A stretch of 63,788 bases of DNA, counting the filler, from Octopus bimaculoides (Eukaryota): the NCBI RefSeq assembly GCF_001194135.2. It is 5 parts of 5 records of this genome, joined end to end, with 100 filler letters (N's around TTAATTAATTAA, not from the genome) between each part and the next. Parts side by side here need not be neighbours in the genome. Positions count along the whole stretch, not along the records: positions 6,246 to 12,578 come from NC_068990.1; positions 12,679 to 40,529 come from NC_069007.1; 3 more parts are not named here. One strand, given 5' to 3'. A program made the translations under genes and the position numbers. The notes beneath the pieces are model-generated. The model had not been told where the DNA came from. It saw nothing but the letters and a program-made list of their open reading frames with translations, and searched no databases. This document shows positions 9,434-23,380 of this stretch, one piece after another. Each line of letters opens with the position of its first letter. The stretch's first letter is position 1.

Positions 9434-10353
9434 CAAACAAATTTCACTGTCAGCCAAAATAATGTTATTTCAAAGAACTGAAGAAAGGAAGAAAGATGAA
9501 GAACGAACATTATTTGTTCCAATAGATTTTTTTTTTTTCTTCAGAAAAATGTTTGCCAATATAAGATAGTGATAACTATAGGTATAGGAAGGGAAAATAG
9601 CAATCAAGAGGTGGATTTTCTTTTATATAAACCGCATGTTTGTTTGTTTGTTGCTGTTTCATTTTTTTGTGTAAGTCTTTATTCTTTTATCTCTTCTGTT
9701 ATCTACAGTATAAAGAAACACAAAATATAATGTTAAATACACACATCTAAGCTAATATATATATATATATATATATNNNNNNNNNNNNNNNNNNNNNNNN
9801 NNNNNNNNNNNNNNNNNNNNNNNNNNNNNNNNNNNNNNNNNNNNNNNNNNNNNNNNNNNNNNNNNNNNNNNNNNNNNNNNNNNNNNNNNNNNNNNNNNNN
9901 NNNNNNNNNNNNNNNNNNNNNNNNNNNNNNNNNNNNNNNNNNNNNNNNNNNNNNNNNNNNNNNNNNNNNNNNNNNNNNNNNNNNNNNNNNNNNNNNNNNN
10001 NNNNNNNNNNNNNNNNNNNNNNNNNNNNNNNNNNNNNNNNNNNNNNNNNNNNNNNNNNNNNNNNNNNNNNNNNNNNNNNNNNNNNNNNNNNNNNNNNNNN
10101 NNNNNNNNNNNNNNNNNNNNNNNNNNNNNNNNNNNNNNNNNNNNNNNNNNNNNNNNNNNNNNNNNNNNNNNNNNNNNNNNNNNNNNNNNNNNNNNNNNNN
10201 NNNNNNNNNNNNNNNNNNNNNNNNNNNNNNNNNNNNNNNNNNNNNNNNNNNNNNNNNNNNNNNNNNNNNNNNNNNNNNNNNNNNNNNNNNNNNNNNNNNN
10301 NNNNNNNNNNNNNNNNNNNNNNNNNNNNNNNNNNNNNNNNNNNNNNNNNNNNN

Positions 10354-10387
<34 letters not shown>

Positions 10388-10609
10388 TGTATGTATGCGT
10401 GCATATATTTTCGTATACAGATACGTATATACATATATGCACGCACACATATATATGCATACATAAAGGCATATACACGCACGCACACACACATATGCAC
10501 GTATACGTAATTCTATACGTATTCATAAGCATGTATGTGCGTAAAAACAGTAAGTTAGCGAAAATATTCTCAATTTTTAGAAACGCCTGCTATATATATG
10601 TATATATAC

Positions 10610-10642
<33 letters not shown>

Positions 10643-11159
10643 CGTACATACATATATGCATGCATACATACATACAGGCATGCATACATACATACATACA
10701 TGCATTGATACAGACAAACATATTTATACATAAGTGTGTGTAACATACAATTCGATATATGTAATATGTAGACGCATGTGCCGTTCTTAAAATATATTGA
10801 TATGCATCTAGGTAAAAATAAAACAAATAATAAAACAAAATATGGCAAAAGTATAACATGAAGTAGACAAGCTCTTGTATATATTTAATTACAAAAGCAA
10901 ATGTATACATTAAAAATAAACTGAAAAAAATAATGTAGTAAAAATGAAAGGAGAAAAGAGAATTGTAAAGAAAAGAATAGCGGATAAAAATATATGTAAA
11001 TAATTCGAAATATAAAAAATATATATTGTAGATAAGAAAATAATATTCAATACGTGCATATAAAACGACCTCATACAAACAGAACATTGTAGGAGTATGC
11101 GCATATATATGGATGTATACATAAACGTGAAGGCATTTATGTATGCGAATGTGTATGTG

Positions 11160-11194
<35 letters not shown>

Positions 11195-11326
11195 GTGTTT
11201 GTCAGTGGGTTTGTATGTATGTGTGTATATATACATATGTATATACATACGCACTTATATATATATATAAGCATGTATATATGTGTATGTAAGTGTATAT
11301 ATACGCACATATATAGATGCCTATAT

Positions 11327-11360
<34 letters not shown>

Positions 11361-11940
11361 NNNNNNNNNNNNNNNNNNNNNNNNNNNNNNNNNNNNNNNN
11401 NNNNNNNNNNNNNNNNNNNNNNNNNNNNNNNNNNNNNNNNNNNNNNNNNNNNNNNNNNNNNNNNNNNNNNNNNNNNNNNNNNNNNNNNNNNNNNNNNNNN
11501 NNNNNNNNNNNNNNNNNNNNNNNNNNNNNNNNNNNNNNNNNNNNNNNNNNNNNNNNNNNNNNNNNNNNNNNNNNNNNNNNNNNNNNNNNNNNNNNNNNNN
11601 NNNNNNNNNNNNNNNNNNNNNNNNNNNNNNNNNNNNNNNNNNNNNNNNNNNNNNNNNNNNNNNNNNNNNNNNNNNNNNNNNNNNNNNNNNNNNNNNNNNN
11701 NNNNNNNNNNNNNNNNNNNNNNNNNNNNNNNNNNNNNNNNNNNNNNNNNNNNNNNNNNNNNNNNNNNNNNNNNNNNNNNNNNNNNNNNNNNNNNNNNNNN
11801 NNNNNNNNNNNNNNNNNNNNNNNNNNNNNNNNNNNNNNNNNNNNNNNNNNNNNNNNNNNNNNNNNNNNNNNNNNNNNNNNNNNNNNNNNNNNNNNNNNNN
11901 NNNNNNNNNNNNNNNNNTATATTTATATATGTATATAGTG

Positions 11941-11995
<55 letters not shown>

Positions 11996-12578
11996 ATGTA
12001 TGTATGTATGTATGTATGTATGCATGTATATATGTATGTATGTATGTATCAGCAGCCTATTTATTGAAGGAAAAGAAATGAGAACTAAAAACTCGACAAA
12101 AAAAAATTGAAAAAAAAAAATGGCGAGTTTTAGGATGAGTTGCATTTGAATGAATGTTGTCATCATAGTTATCCTTTTGTGCCACAGCACATGAGTTCAG
12201 AGATATGTAATTTCCTGCCCCTACTGTTTCCTTTGTGCAGGCAATGAATACCCATACAGCTTTGCACTTATGGTCTCATTCCCCCTTCAATGGTCCTTCT
12301 TACTATTAGCCATTGACGTGTGTGCAATTTCCGTTTCGACAGAGAAATCTGATGGACAAAGGTGTCAGCACTACAAAAACATTGTGAAAACATGCAATTC
12401 TAAACAACAAGGAATGTACGAAAAAATATATATCATATAACATAATATAATATAATAAAGGTTATGAAAACAATCCAGAAATAAGACATTTTTTTTCAGT
12501 GTGTTCTACACATATATTCCTGTATATATACATATATATATATATATAAATATAAATATAAATAAATATATATATATA

Positions 12579-12678
12579 NNNNNNNNNNNNNNNNNNNNNN
12601 NNNNNNNNNNNNNNNNNNNNNNTTAATTAATTAANNNNNNNNNNNNNNNNNNNNNNNNNNNNNNNNNNNNNNNNNNNN
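12579..12678. other. Artificial scaffold-join spacer
   Basis: 44 N + TTAATTAATTAA (12623-12634) + 44 N. Confidence 0.97.
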
Positions 12679-13323
12679 GATTCTTTGTCAGACAATCTGC
12701 TAAACTTCTCAAGGAATACACAAACACGGCGATTAGCAAGAATATTCTTGTCAACGAAAGGAGATTTCTCTTCGCACATGACAGCAGGTGATTGCAAGTT
12801 CAAACATTATGACCTCATTTTCGTTGAACTCCGAAACTGCCTCACCCTGAGACACTATCAGCAGATGCTTTCTCCTAAAGTTATATTAAATATTTCTTTT
12901 TTTTTTTTTATTCCACAAACAGCAGCTGGATTATTGTCACTCCGTCGCTAAACCAAAATGACAACTAAAATACGTTTAACTTCATTTTTTTATACCTAAT
13001 TTCTCTCACCTTTTCTTCTCTCGTTTCTCTCCCTTATTTTCATTTTTTTTGCCATTTCCGTTCTACTCATTAAAAAAAACAACTTTTTTTATTATTTTAC
13101 TCATCTCCTTCCCACAATTCATTCAATTTCTTAACGTTTCTAGTTTCATATTTTATTGATTATGTTCTCCAAGTGCTCAGTCTCCCCATACACTCATGTA
13201 TATATGGGAATATATTCGTGCATAAATATATACCCACGTACGTTAATATGCCCGTATTTTTCCTTTCATTCGCCATCGTTCACAACAATCACGCACATTC
13301 CATTTATTTTTTCTTTGTCGACT

Positions 13324-13371
<48 letters not shown>

Positions 13372-14448
13372 AGTAGCTAGCTAACCGTCTGGCCTTCTGT
13401 CTGACAAGGCACCATCCACTCATAATCATATGTGTATGTGAGCAAAATTGTGCATTATATANNNNNNNNNNNNNNNNNNNNNNNNNNNNNNNNNNNNNNN
13501 NNNNNNNNNNNNNNNNNNNNNNNNNNNNNNNNNNNNNNNNNNNNNNNNNNNNNNNNNNNNNNNNNNNNNNNNNNNNNNNNNNNNNNNNNNNNNNNNNNNN
13601 NNNNNNNNNNNNNNNNNNNNNNNNNNNNNNNNNNNNNNNNNNNNNNNNNNNNNNNNNNNNNNNNNNNNNNNNNNNNNNNNNNNNNNNNNNNNNNNNNNNN
13701 NNNNNNNNNNNNNNNNNNNNNNNNNNNNNNNNNNNNNNNNNNNNNNNNNNNNNNNNNNNNNNNNNNNNNNNNNNNNNNNNNNNNNNNNNNNNNNNNNNNN
13801 NNNNNNNNNNNNNNNNNNNNNNNNNNNNNNNNNNNNNNNNNNNNNNNNNNNNNNNNNNNNNNNNNNNNNNNNNNNNNNNNNNNNNNNNNNNNNNNNNNNN
13901 NNNNNNNNNNNNNNNNNNNNNNNNNNNNNNNNNNNNNNNNNNNNNNNNNNNNNNNNNNNNNNNNNNNNNNNNNNNNNNNNNNNNNNNNNNNNNNNNNNNN
14001 NNNNNNNNNNNNNNNNNNNNNNNNNNNNNNNNNNNNNNNNNNNNNNNNNNNNNNNNNNNNNNNNNNNNNNNNNNNNNNNNNNNNNNNNNNNNNNNNNNNN
14101 NNNNNNNNNNNNNNNNNNNNNNNNNNNNNNNNNNNNNNNNNNNNNNNNNNNNNNNNNNNNNNNNNNNNNNNNNNNNNNNNNNNNNNNNNNNNNNNNNNNN
14201 NNNNNNNNNNNNNNNNNNNNNNNNNNNNNNNNNNNNNNNNNNNNNNNNNNNNNNNNNNNNNNNNNNNNNNNNNNNNNNNNNNNNNNNNNNNNNNNNNNNN
14301 NNNNNNNNNNNNNNNNNNNNNNNNNNNNNNNNNNNNNNNNNNNNNNNNNNNNNNNNNNNNNNNNNNNNNNNNNNNNNNNNNNNNNNNNNNNNNNNNNNNN
14401 NNNNNNNNNNNNNNNNNNNNNNNNNNNNNNNNNNNNNNNNNNNNNNNN

Positions 14449-14501
<53 letters not shown>

Positions 14502-14561
14502 CAGACAGATCGATCGATAGACAGGCAGATTATTGTACACAAAGAAAAAGAAAATGAGAGA

Positions 14562-14601
<40 letters not shown>

Positions 14602-16082
14602 AAGAGAGAATGAGATTTAACTCCAGATTAGGTACGACATACTATAAGAGAAAAAAAAGAAAGAAAAACAAGCGTACGAAATGCTTAAAATGCTAAAGAA
14701 AAATGTGGGTTCCCTTTGAGTAAATATACAGGTGAGTTTCTAGCGAAACGGTATTGTTTCTAATTCACTAATGCCAAAAAATCCCCAGCTGAGAACACCT
14801 GGGACTGTTTTGACGAATACCAGTGACTCGTTCACATGCGAAACCTACCTTGCTTCAGTGAAGTGTAATCAAGGTACCTTTTAAAATTACTCACAACTAC
14901 CAGAAAAATGAATTCACTTCATCTTTTCCTCTTACCTGTCGCTCGCTTTCTCGTGTATTATATTCGAATGTATATGTTCATATATGTATATATGTATGCA
15001 TGTAAATATGTATGTATGTATGTACGTACACACACACNNNNNNNNNNNNNNNNNNNNNNNNNNNNNNNNNNNNNNNNNNNNNNNNNNNNNNNNNNNNNNN
15101 NNNNNNNNNNNNNNNNNNNNNNNNNNNNNNNNNNNNNTGTGTGTGTGTGTGTGTGTGTGTGTGTGGTTGTGTGTGATTGTGTGTGCATGTGTGTGTGTGT
15201 GTATGTGTGAATCAGAAACAGAAAGTTATTGCAGGAAAGTCTTCACTGGGGTAGAAAAGAGTTAGTAGTGGTGAGAGGAGTGATAGAGAAAAAAGTTATT
15301 CAGGAGAAGAAAGAAAGACAGACGGACGGTGCAGCGGGAGCATCGCAGAGGTCTTACAATAAATATAATGTTGTAAAGCAAACGCTTAAAGTATAAAAGA
15401 AGTAAAATAGTGTTAGACTAAGTGTTAATATAGTGAATGCTAACAAAGCTTGGTGCAAGGCGAATGACTGCTGGGCGAGATATTAAAACGTGAAGGTTCC
15501 GTCTTGAACGTACTTGAGGTGAGGATTTTAGCAATGGCTAATGAAGCAAATTGTGTAGCAGCCACAAGAGAATATATGTCTGTATATATATATATATATA
15601 TATACATATGTTTATATGTGTATGTATGAGTATGTGTGTATGTATGTATATATATATATATATANNNNNNNNNNNNNNNNNNNNNNNNNNNNNNNNNNNN
15701 NNNNNNNNNNNNNNNNNNNNNNNNNNNNNNNNNNNNNNNNNNNNNNNNNNNNNNNNNNNNNNNNNNNNNNNNNNNNNNNNNNNNNNNNNNNNNNNNNNNN
15801 NNNNNNNNNNNNNNNNNNNNNNNNNNNNNNNNNNNNNNNNNNNNNNNNNNNNNNNNNNNNNNNNNNNNNNNNNNNNNNNNNNNNNNNNNNNNNNNNNNNN
15901 NNNNNNNNNNNNNNNNNNNNNNNNNNNNNNNNNNNNNNNNNNNNNNNNNNNNNNNNNNNNNNNNNNNNNNNNNNNNNNNNNNNNNNNNNNNNNNNNNNNN
16001 NNNNNNNNNNNNNNNNNNNNNNNNNNNNNNNNNNNNNNNNNNNNNNNNNNNNNNNNNNNNNNNNNNNNNNNNNNNNNNNNNN

Positions 16083-16126
<44 letters not shown>

Positions 16127-16766
16127 TGTATGTATGTGTGTGTGTGTATAATTATACACACGTATACAAATAAATGAATGTATGTATATAGATATATATA
16201 TGTGTGTGTGTGTGTATTGTGTATATGCACACAAAGTATTTATTGAGACCCTAACACACGTACATACATCCATCCATATATATATATGTGTGTATATATA
16301 TATGTACATGTATTATGTGGTTGTGTGTTGTACACATGTATACACACTGACAGACAACGCACACAGACAGATATAATGATATACACCTGACAACCGAATC
16401 GAATTCGTTTTTCACGTTTTAATCTGCGTTTATTAATCCTTTTCACTAAAACCGAGAGAGAAATAGCGTGAGAATGAGAGAATGAGAGAATGAAAGAATG
16501 TGTGAGTTAACGAGAGAGAGAGAAGGAGAGAAAGAGACGGAGAGAGAGAGAGAGAGTGAGGTGTAGTGGGGAGAGAAAGAACGGTTTGGGACTAACAAGA
16601 GAGAAAAGAAAGACAGTTTCTCTCAGCTGCCGCTTCACAAAATCTTTCGTGTTCAATGACTTTATTAACATTGATAGAACTCTCGAAACATTGAGGAAAC
16701 TTTACTTTATTGTATAGCGACACACATGCGCGCGCGAGCGCACATGCAGACATACACACGCACACG

Positions 16767-16828
<62 letters not shown>

Positions 16829-16879
16829 TTGAGGCGGAGTAATCTGTTCATGCACATTGCAAAATGGTCTCTTTCGCAG

Positions 16880-16880
16880 G

Positions 16881-16933
<53 letters not shown>

Positions 16934-17000
16934 CCTGTCTGTCTATCTACCTGTCTATCTATCTATCTATCGATCTATCTATCGATCTATCTATCTATCA
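16880..17000. repeat. (TATC)n tetranucleotide array
   Basis: Direct reading. Similar arrays at 13327-13370, 14450-14520, 18865-18915, 23078-23163, 26640-26868 and 41405-41530. Confidence 0.95.
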
Positions 17001-17232
17001 CATTCTCAAACACTTTGTCTAACTACGCATCTATCTCTTTATATATGTGCCCCTATTACTAAGTCTCATTCTCACTCCCTCTCTCTGTATATACATTATA
17101 TATATGCATGAATATATTCATACATATGTATACATACGTACATATATGTATATATATAGATGTGTGTGTGTGTGTGTATATATATATAAATATATGTATA
17201 TATATGTATGTATATCAACTATCTATCTATCC

Positions 17233-17267
<35 letters not shown>

Positions 17268-17790
17268 TATATNNNNNNNNNNNNNNNNNNNNNNNNNNNN
17301 NNNNNNNNNNNNNNNNNNNNNNNNNNNNNNNNNNNNNNNNNNNNNNNNNNNNNNNNNNNNNNNNNNNNNNNNNNNNNNNNNNNNNNNNNNNNNNNNNNNN
17401 NNNNNNNNNNNNNNNNNNNNNNNNNNNNNNNNNNNNNNNNNNNNNNNNNNNNNNNNNNNNNNNNNNNNNNNNNNNNNNNNNNNNNNNNNNNNNNNNNNNN
17501 NNNNNNNNNNNNNNNNNNNNNNNNNNNNNNNNNNNNNNNNNNNNNNNNNNNNNNNNNNNNNNNNNNNNNNNNNNNNNNNNNNNNNNNNNNNNNNNNNNNN
17601 NNNNNNNNNNNNNNNNNNNNNNNNNNNNNNNNNNNNNNNNNNNNNNNNNNNNNNNNNNNNNNNNNNNNNNNNNNNNNNNNNNNNNNNNNNNNNNNNNNNN
17701 NNNNNNNNNNNNNNNNNNNNNNNNNNNNNNNNNNNCACCTCATATGCATGCATATGCATGTTTATGGATCCTTAATGTTTGTGTTGACAG

Positions 17791-17824
17791 CAGAAGAACA
17801 GCTATCAATACGAAGATTTAAAAT
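17791..17824 (+). CDS. Candidate 34-nt exon (QKNSYQYEDLK or xEEQLSIRRFK)
   Basis: ttaatgtttgtgttgacag|CAGAAG...TTTAAAAT|gtaaga, with two open frames. Confidence 0.2.
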
Positions 17825-18147
17825 GTAAGAACTCCAAAAACATTCATGTATTTGCGGGAAAAAAAAAGGAAATACACGTTCGTGACGAGGGGGTCGCAAG
17901 TATTATAGTCAACTTTTAAGCAACATCACCAACGCCTCTTAGAATCTATGTTTAGCAACCTAACAATAAATGCTGCCAATCTAATAATAAATGATACGCT
18001 AGAATCTTCAGTGATTTGTGAACCATACGTTACATTTAAAGGTCATAAGTATAACTGTGATTGTAATCCCAGATGCTGATTAATATATATAGTAAAATGG
18101 ATTGAATCAGCGAAAATATTTTAAATTCCGTAATTCAATATTCATCC

Positions 18148-18375
18148 AAGCCAAGATGACGAGCTGGCGCAGTCGTTAGCACGCCGGAGAAAAAAAATGC
18201 TAAGTGGTATTTCATCCGTCTTTACTTTCTGAGTTCAAATTCCGCCAATGTCGAATTTTCGTTTTATCGATTTTTTTTTTTTTTGTGGTCGATAAATTAA
18301 GTCCAATTTGGACACTGGAATTGATGTAATCAGCTACGCTTTTCCACAAACTTGCTGACCTTGTACCTACCAGTA
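18148..18375 (+). mobile_element. SINE family B
   Basis: gacgagctggcgcagtcgttagcacgccgg...ctgagttcaaattccgcc...gtcgataaattaagt. Confidence 0.85.
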
Positions 18376-18400
18376 TATAAAATCGATATTTATGCAAGTC

Positions 18401-18525
18401 AAGGCGGCGAGCTGTCAGAATCGTTAGAACGCCGGCCAAAATACTTATCACAATTTCTGAGAATCGAAACCGCGATCCTACTTCCGCGAGTCCGCGGCCC
18501 TAACCACTGGGCCATTTCGCCTCCA
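18401..18525. mobile_element. Fused SINE heads: family B head (+) joined to family C head (-)
   Basis: aaggcggcgagctgtcagaatcgttagaacgccgg is followed directly by gaatcgaaaccgcgatcctac...ccctaaccactgggccatttcgcctcc (same as 2335-2396). Confidence 0.85.
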
Positions 18526-18863
18526 CATTACAAGAATACTCCAAGCTAAACAGGGTAACATCTGACAGTTTACATGACCCGTTAGAAATAACAGTTAAAT
18601 CGCCTTTAAATTTCTCACTTTGACATTGTGGATATTGGAGGGGGAGGGGTCGTCCGTCGGTCACGACGGTGACTATTCAGTTGTTCGTCCAACTGAATAG
18701 CTTACGTGAAATTAATACGCGGGGTCCTGGATGTTGCACGACGTGAACTCATAAGGTTTTTTTCGATGAGACGAAATCTGTTTCCCTTCTTCACTATTTT
18801 CCGCCCACAAACTTTGTCTCCCTTACACACTCTGTACAGTCTGTCTTTATGTCTTCCTGTTTG

Positions 18864-18916
<53 letters not shown>

Positions 18917-18928
18917 ACATATGTACAC

Positions 18929-18994
<66 letters not shown>

Positions 18995-19746
18995 GTGTAT
19001 GTGTGTGTGTATATGTATATATATACAGAAAGAGACACGGACATACACGGATTCACACACACAAACGCACACACACGTGCATACACACTCACACACAATC
19101 ACACACAAAACGCCCACTACTTCCCGTTCCCTGAGACAAGACAACGATATCTCTCAAAACCACCACCACCACCACCACCAACAACAAAAACAACAACAGC
19201 AACAACAACAACAACAACAGCAACAACAACCACACCACCGCCGCCGCCGCTGCCTACCTATCTCTTAATATTCATCGGTTTATTTAACACCCAAATTGAG
19301 ATCAATTAGCGACTCAAATATTAAACGTAATCCATACACATGCACAAAATCACTAAACATACCACCGATGTGCCAACTTCAAGGGTTTCCCCTAAAATAT
19401 GCCTTCTCCTCCCCATGCCATTACCCGCTTATTTTTGGCGTCTTTCCTTCTTATTTAATATTGCTTGATGCTTTATTTATGTGTTCGTTTATCCATTTAT
19501 ATGTTTATTATATTATATTGCTTGTTTGTTTTGTTTTTAATTTGTTAATTTGGTTATTATCCCGAAGGTTCCCCGATTTGTGGGGCTTCCCTGACGCAAC
19601 TACTCAAAGTGCAACAACATACACAACATGGCTGCTATAATAACATTATTGCATGTACCGGATGTGACGTAGCAAGCAGGGCTGTTAGCAGCCCGAAACC
19701 AACTGACTTAGAAACGGTTAAGATAGACAGACAAATAGATAGACAG

Positions 19747-19781
<35 letters not shown>

Positions 19782-20159
19782 NNNNNNNNNNNNNNNNNNN
19801 NNNNNNNNNNNNNNNNNNNNNNNNNNNNNNNNNAGAGAGAGAGAGAAGGGGGAAAGAAAGCGGGGGAGGAAGAAAAATAGAAAGCGAGTTAGATAGAAGG
19901 AGGTAGAGAAGGAAAACTTATTTCACTAATGGACCGAATAAATGTATACGTGAATGGATTTTTGGTGGAACACCTACACATAACAAATGTGCTTGTATGT
20001 GTATTCCTTTGCGCGTGTATATGTGTGTAGGCATCAAAATAAGTATACATACATACATACATACATACATACGTATACATACATATAAACACACACATAT
20101 ATATATACGTATGCGTGTCTGAATTTGTTGAGTTGTATACATGTGTGTGTTGTGTGTAT

Positions 20160-20208
<49 letters not shown>

Positions 20209-20454
20209 CATGCATATATACATATATATACATACATATATATATNNNNNNNNNNNNNNNNNNNNNNNNNNNNNNNNNNNNNNNNNNNNNNNNNNNNNNN
20301 NNNNNNNNNNNNNNNNNNNNNNNNNNNNNNNNNNNNNNNNNNNNNNNNNNNNNNNNNNNNNNNNNNNNNNNNNNNNNNNNNNNNNNNNNNNNNNNNNNNN
20401 NNNNNNNNNNNNNNNNNNNNNNNNNNNNNNNNNNNNNNNNNNNNNNNNNNNNNN

Positions 20455-20830
20455 NTGTGTCTGAACATATGTTTTAGCAACCATACTAACAGTATACATA
20501 AAATTTCAGTGGGAAAAAACCGTTCTTTCAGACCATGACACGGTCCGAAAGCTGACCCTAGTGACCTCTCTCCAGGCCACCCATTTGATACCATAGATCT
20601 CAATGAATCCGATTGGGACGCAATCATAGAGAAATATTCATATATACATCCTTACCAATGCACACTGGATGTTTGATTTTACTGTCCGTAGAATTTTTCC
20701 TAGCTCTTAAGAAAACTTTTTAGACCTTTGCGAGTGATGAATGGCTTTTTCCGAAACGTCTGTAAAATCTAATAACAGTTCTGTAGCCTTACCTTATATG
20801 TATTCGTCCTCATCGTAATGATTAACGGAA
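20455..20830 (+). mobile_element. Possible PLE-derived 3' end with a decayed hammerhead motif
   Basis: gTGATGA-atggctttttcc-GAAACGTC-tgtaaa at 20734-20766. Confidence 0.4.
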
Positions 20831-20929
20831 AACCATCCGGTGGGCAGCGGTGCTTCCACTCGTAAATATAGATATGAAGCGTATAAGCTCTTCTGTGTGA
20901 GGCAGCGAGGATTGCGGTAATAGAAGCGA

Positions 20930-21195
20930 TTTACTCTTTTACTCTTTTACTCTTTTACTTGTTTCAGTCATTTGACTGCGGCCATACTGGAACACCACTT
21001 TTAGTCGAGCAAATCGACCCCAAGACTTATTCTTTGTAAACCTAGTACTTATTCTATCGGTCTCTTTTGCCGAACCGCTAAGTGACGGGGGCGTAAACAC
21101 ACCAGCATCGGTTGTCAAGCAATGCNNNNNNNNNNNNNNNNNNNNNNNNNNNNNNNGGGGGGGGGGGGTGACAAACACAGACACACAAACATACA
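20930..21195 (-). mobile_element. Young SINE family A 3' half with a tandem (AAAAGAGT)n tail
   Basis: ttactcttttactcttttactcttttacttgtttcagtcatttgactgcggcc...catcggttgtcaagc...gacaaacacagacacac. Confidence 0.92.
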
Positions 21196-21689
21196 CACAC
21201 ACACCAGAAAAAAAAACAAAAAAACTCAGTAAAATTTTTTTGCAGATGGAAAAATTATCAAATCATAATTTAAAGGTGTGCCTTCAAAAACTTAAAAGTT
21301 CGGATTTTTATTTAATGAATGCAAATCTTGAAATAACATGGTAAAATTCTCCATTGATAACAAAATACAAAACAATTTTGAACGAAAAGTTTTGAGCGAA
21401 CAAATTTAGTCGGCATCATTTAATTTTAAACACAGAAAGGGTTTGTTCAACTAACCATTTCATTTCATAAAGACTCTCCAGCTTTAGAGGAAATTTTTCT
21501 ACATCCTTTCTTTGAAATTTGTATTCCTCGAAATAATTATTCTCGCAATGGCAATTTCCTTTCTAAACTATTAGACTATTGACTTCTCGAGCAGCGAAAA
21601 TGTTGATTTGTGATATGTGTTTAAATATTACACCGTATTGACATAAAGCAGAAAGGTGCGCTTATATTATAGATGTGTATGTGTGTGTG

Positions 21690-21727
<38 letters not shown>

Positions 21728-21789
21728 CGTACATGTATAATGTATATATAAATCACGGATCAAAGGTCTTTCCCGAGGTCATAAGGTCA

Positions 21790-21968
21790 GTTATCCGGAT
21801 TCTGTGGTGGTCTGTTGCAGGTTTACTCAAATTTGAAAGCTGATGGGGCCGGAGCAACGTGAAATGAAGTGTTTTATCCACAACGAAGCTTATCGCCGAA
21901 GCTAGTAATGGAAACCACAATCTTACAAACGCGAGCGCAACACTCTGACCACTAAGCTACGCGCCTCC
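21790..21968 (-). mobile_element. tRNA-derived SINE family D
   Basis: Minus strand GGAGGCGCGTAGCTTAGTGGTCAG (A box) ... GTGGTTTCCATTAC (decayed B box) ... aaacacttcatttcacgttgctccgg. Confidence 0.7.
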
Positions 21969-22156
21969 ATACCTGTGACTGCGTGTGTGGTGTGTGTGTG
22001 TGCGTGCGTGACTATATATATATATTACATTATATATATATATATATATATATATTACATATTATATATTACATATTATATATATATATTACATTATATT
22101 CTTATACATTTATCTATCTGTCTGTCTATATATATATATATATGTATATGTAAGTA

Positions 22157-22189
<33 letters not shown>

Positions 22190-23101
22190 GTGTGTATATA
22201 TTATATTCTTATCTATTTATCTATCTCTGTGTGTGTGNNNNNNNNNNNNNNNNNNNNNNNNNNNNNNNNNNNNNNNNNNNNNNNNNNNNNNNNNNNNNNN
22301 NNNNNNNNNNNNNNNNNNNNNNNNNNNNNNNNNNNNNNNNNNNNNNNNNNNNNNNNNNNNNNNNNNNNNNNNNNNNNNNNNNNNNNNNNNNNNNNNNNNN
22401 NNNNNNNNNNNNNNNNNNNNNNNNNNNNNNNNNNNNNNNNNNNNNNNNNNNNNNNNNNNNNNNNNNNNNNNNNNNNNNNNNNNNNNNNNNNNNNNNNNNN
22501 NNNNNNNNNNNNNNNNNNNNNNNNNNNNNNNNNNNNNNNNNNNNNNNNNNNNNNNNNNNNNNNNNNNNNNNNNNNNNNNNNNNNNNNNNNNNNNNNNNNN
22601 NNNNNNNNNNNNNNNNNNNNNNNNNNNNNNNCCTCTCTCTCTCCTCCTCCTCTCTCTCTCCCATCTCTCTCCCCCTCTCTCTCTATCTCTTCCCCTATCT
22701 CTCTCTCTTTCTCTCTCTCTCTCTCAATATATATATATATATACATACATGCACACATACACACGCATATAGGCAAGGTCATATATTTTGCCGTCTTGCA
22801 TTCTTGATGTGTGTTTGTTTGTATATATATAAATACTTAACGAAAGAGAGAAAGAGAGAGATAGAGAGGCAGTCAAACAGTCAAACAGTCAGACATATGT
22901 CGTTGGAGAAAAAATAATGGAGAAAAGAAAACCTTTGTTATAAATACAGGAATAGACAGAAAGTCACAAACCACCACTCAAAGACCCTCCCACACATAGA
23001 CACCCCTGTAATTACAGGCTAACACATCAAACATATACAATGACCACACAAAACCAACAATAAATAATACAAATTTTATCTATCCATCTATCCATCCATC
23101 C

Positions 23102-23164
<63 letters not shown>

Positions 23165-23338
23165 CGTTTGCTGTTGGGGAGTGTCGGAGGGGACTCGAGA
23201 TATAAAGCCGGGCTCAAAATGGTTTGAAAGCTAATGTTTTGGTCATTTAGCGGCCGTTACGTTTCTTTGATAGCTTCCAGAAAGTAACTACCCACTTTTC
23301 AGTGTGTGTATGCGTGTGTGAGCATACGTATATATACA

Positions 23339-23380
<42 letters not shown>

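Noticed and set aside
12300-12370. Minus-strand CPSDF/LCRNGNC resembling an LDLa/EGF repeat
   Set aside because: It needs a frameshift and runs into stops immediately; likely chance.
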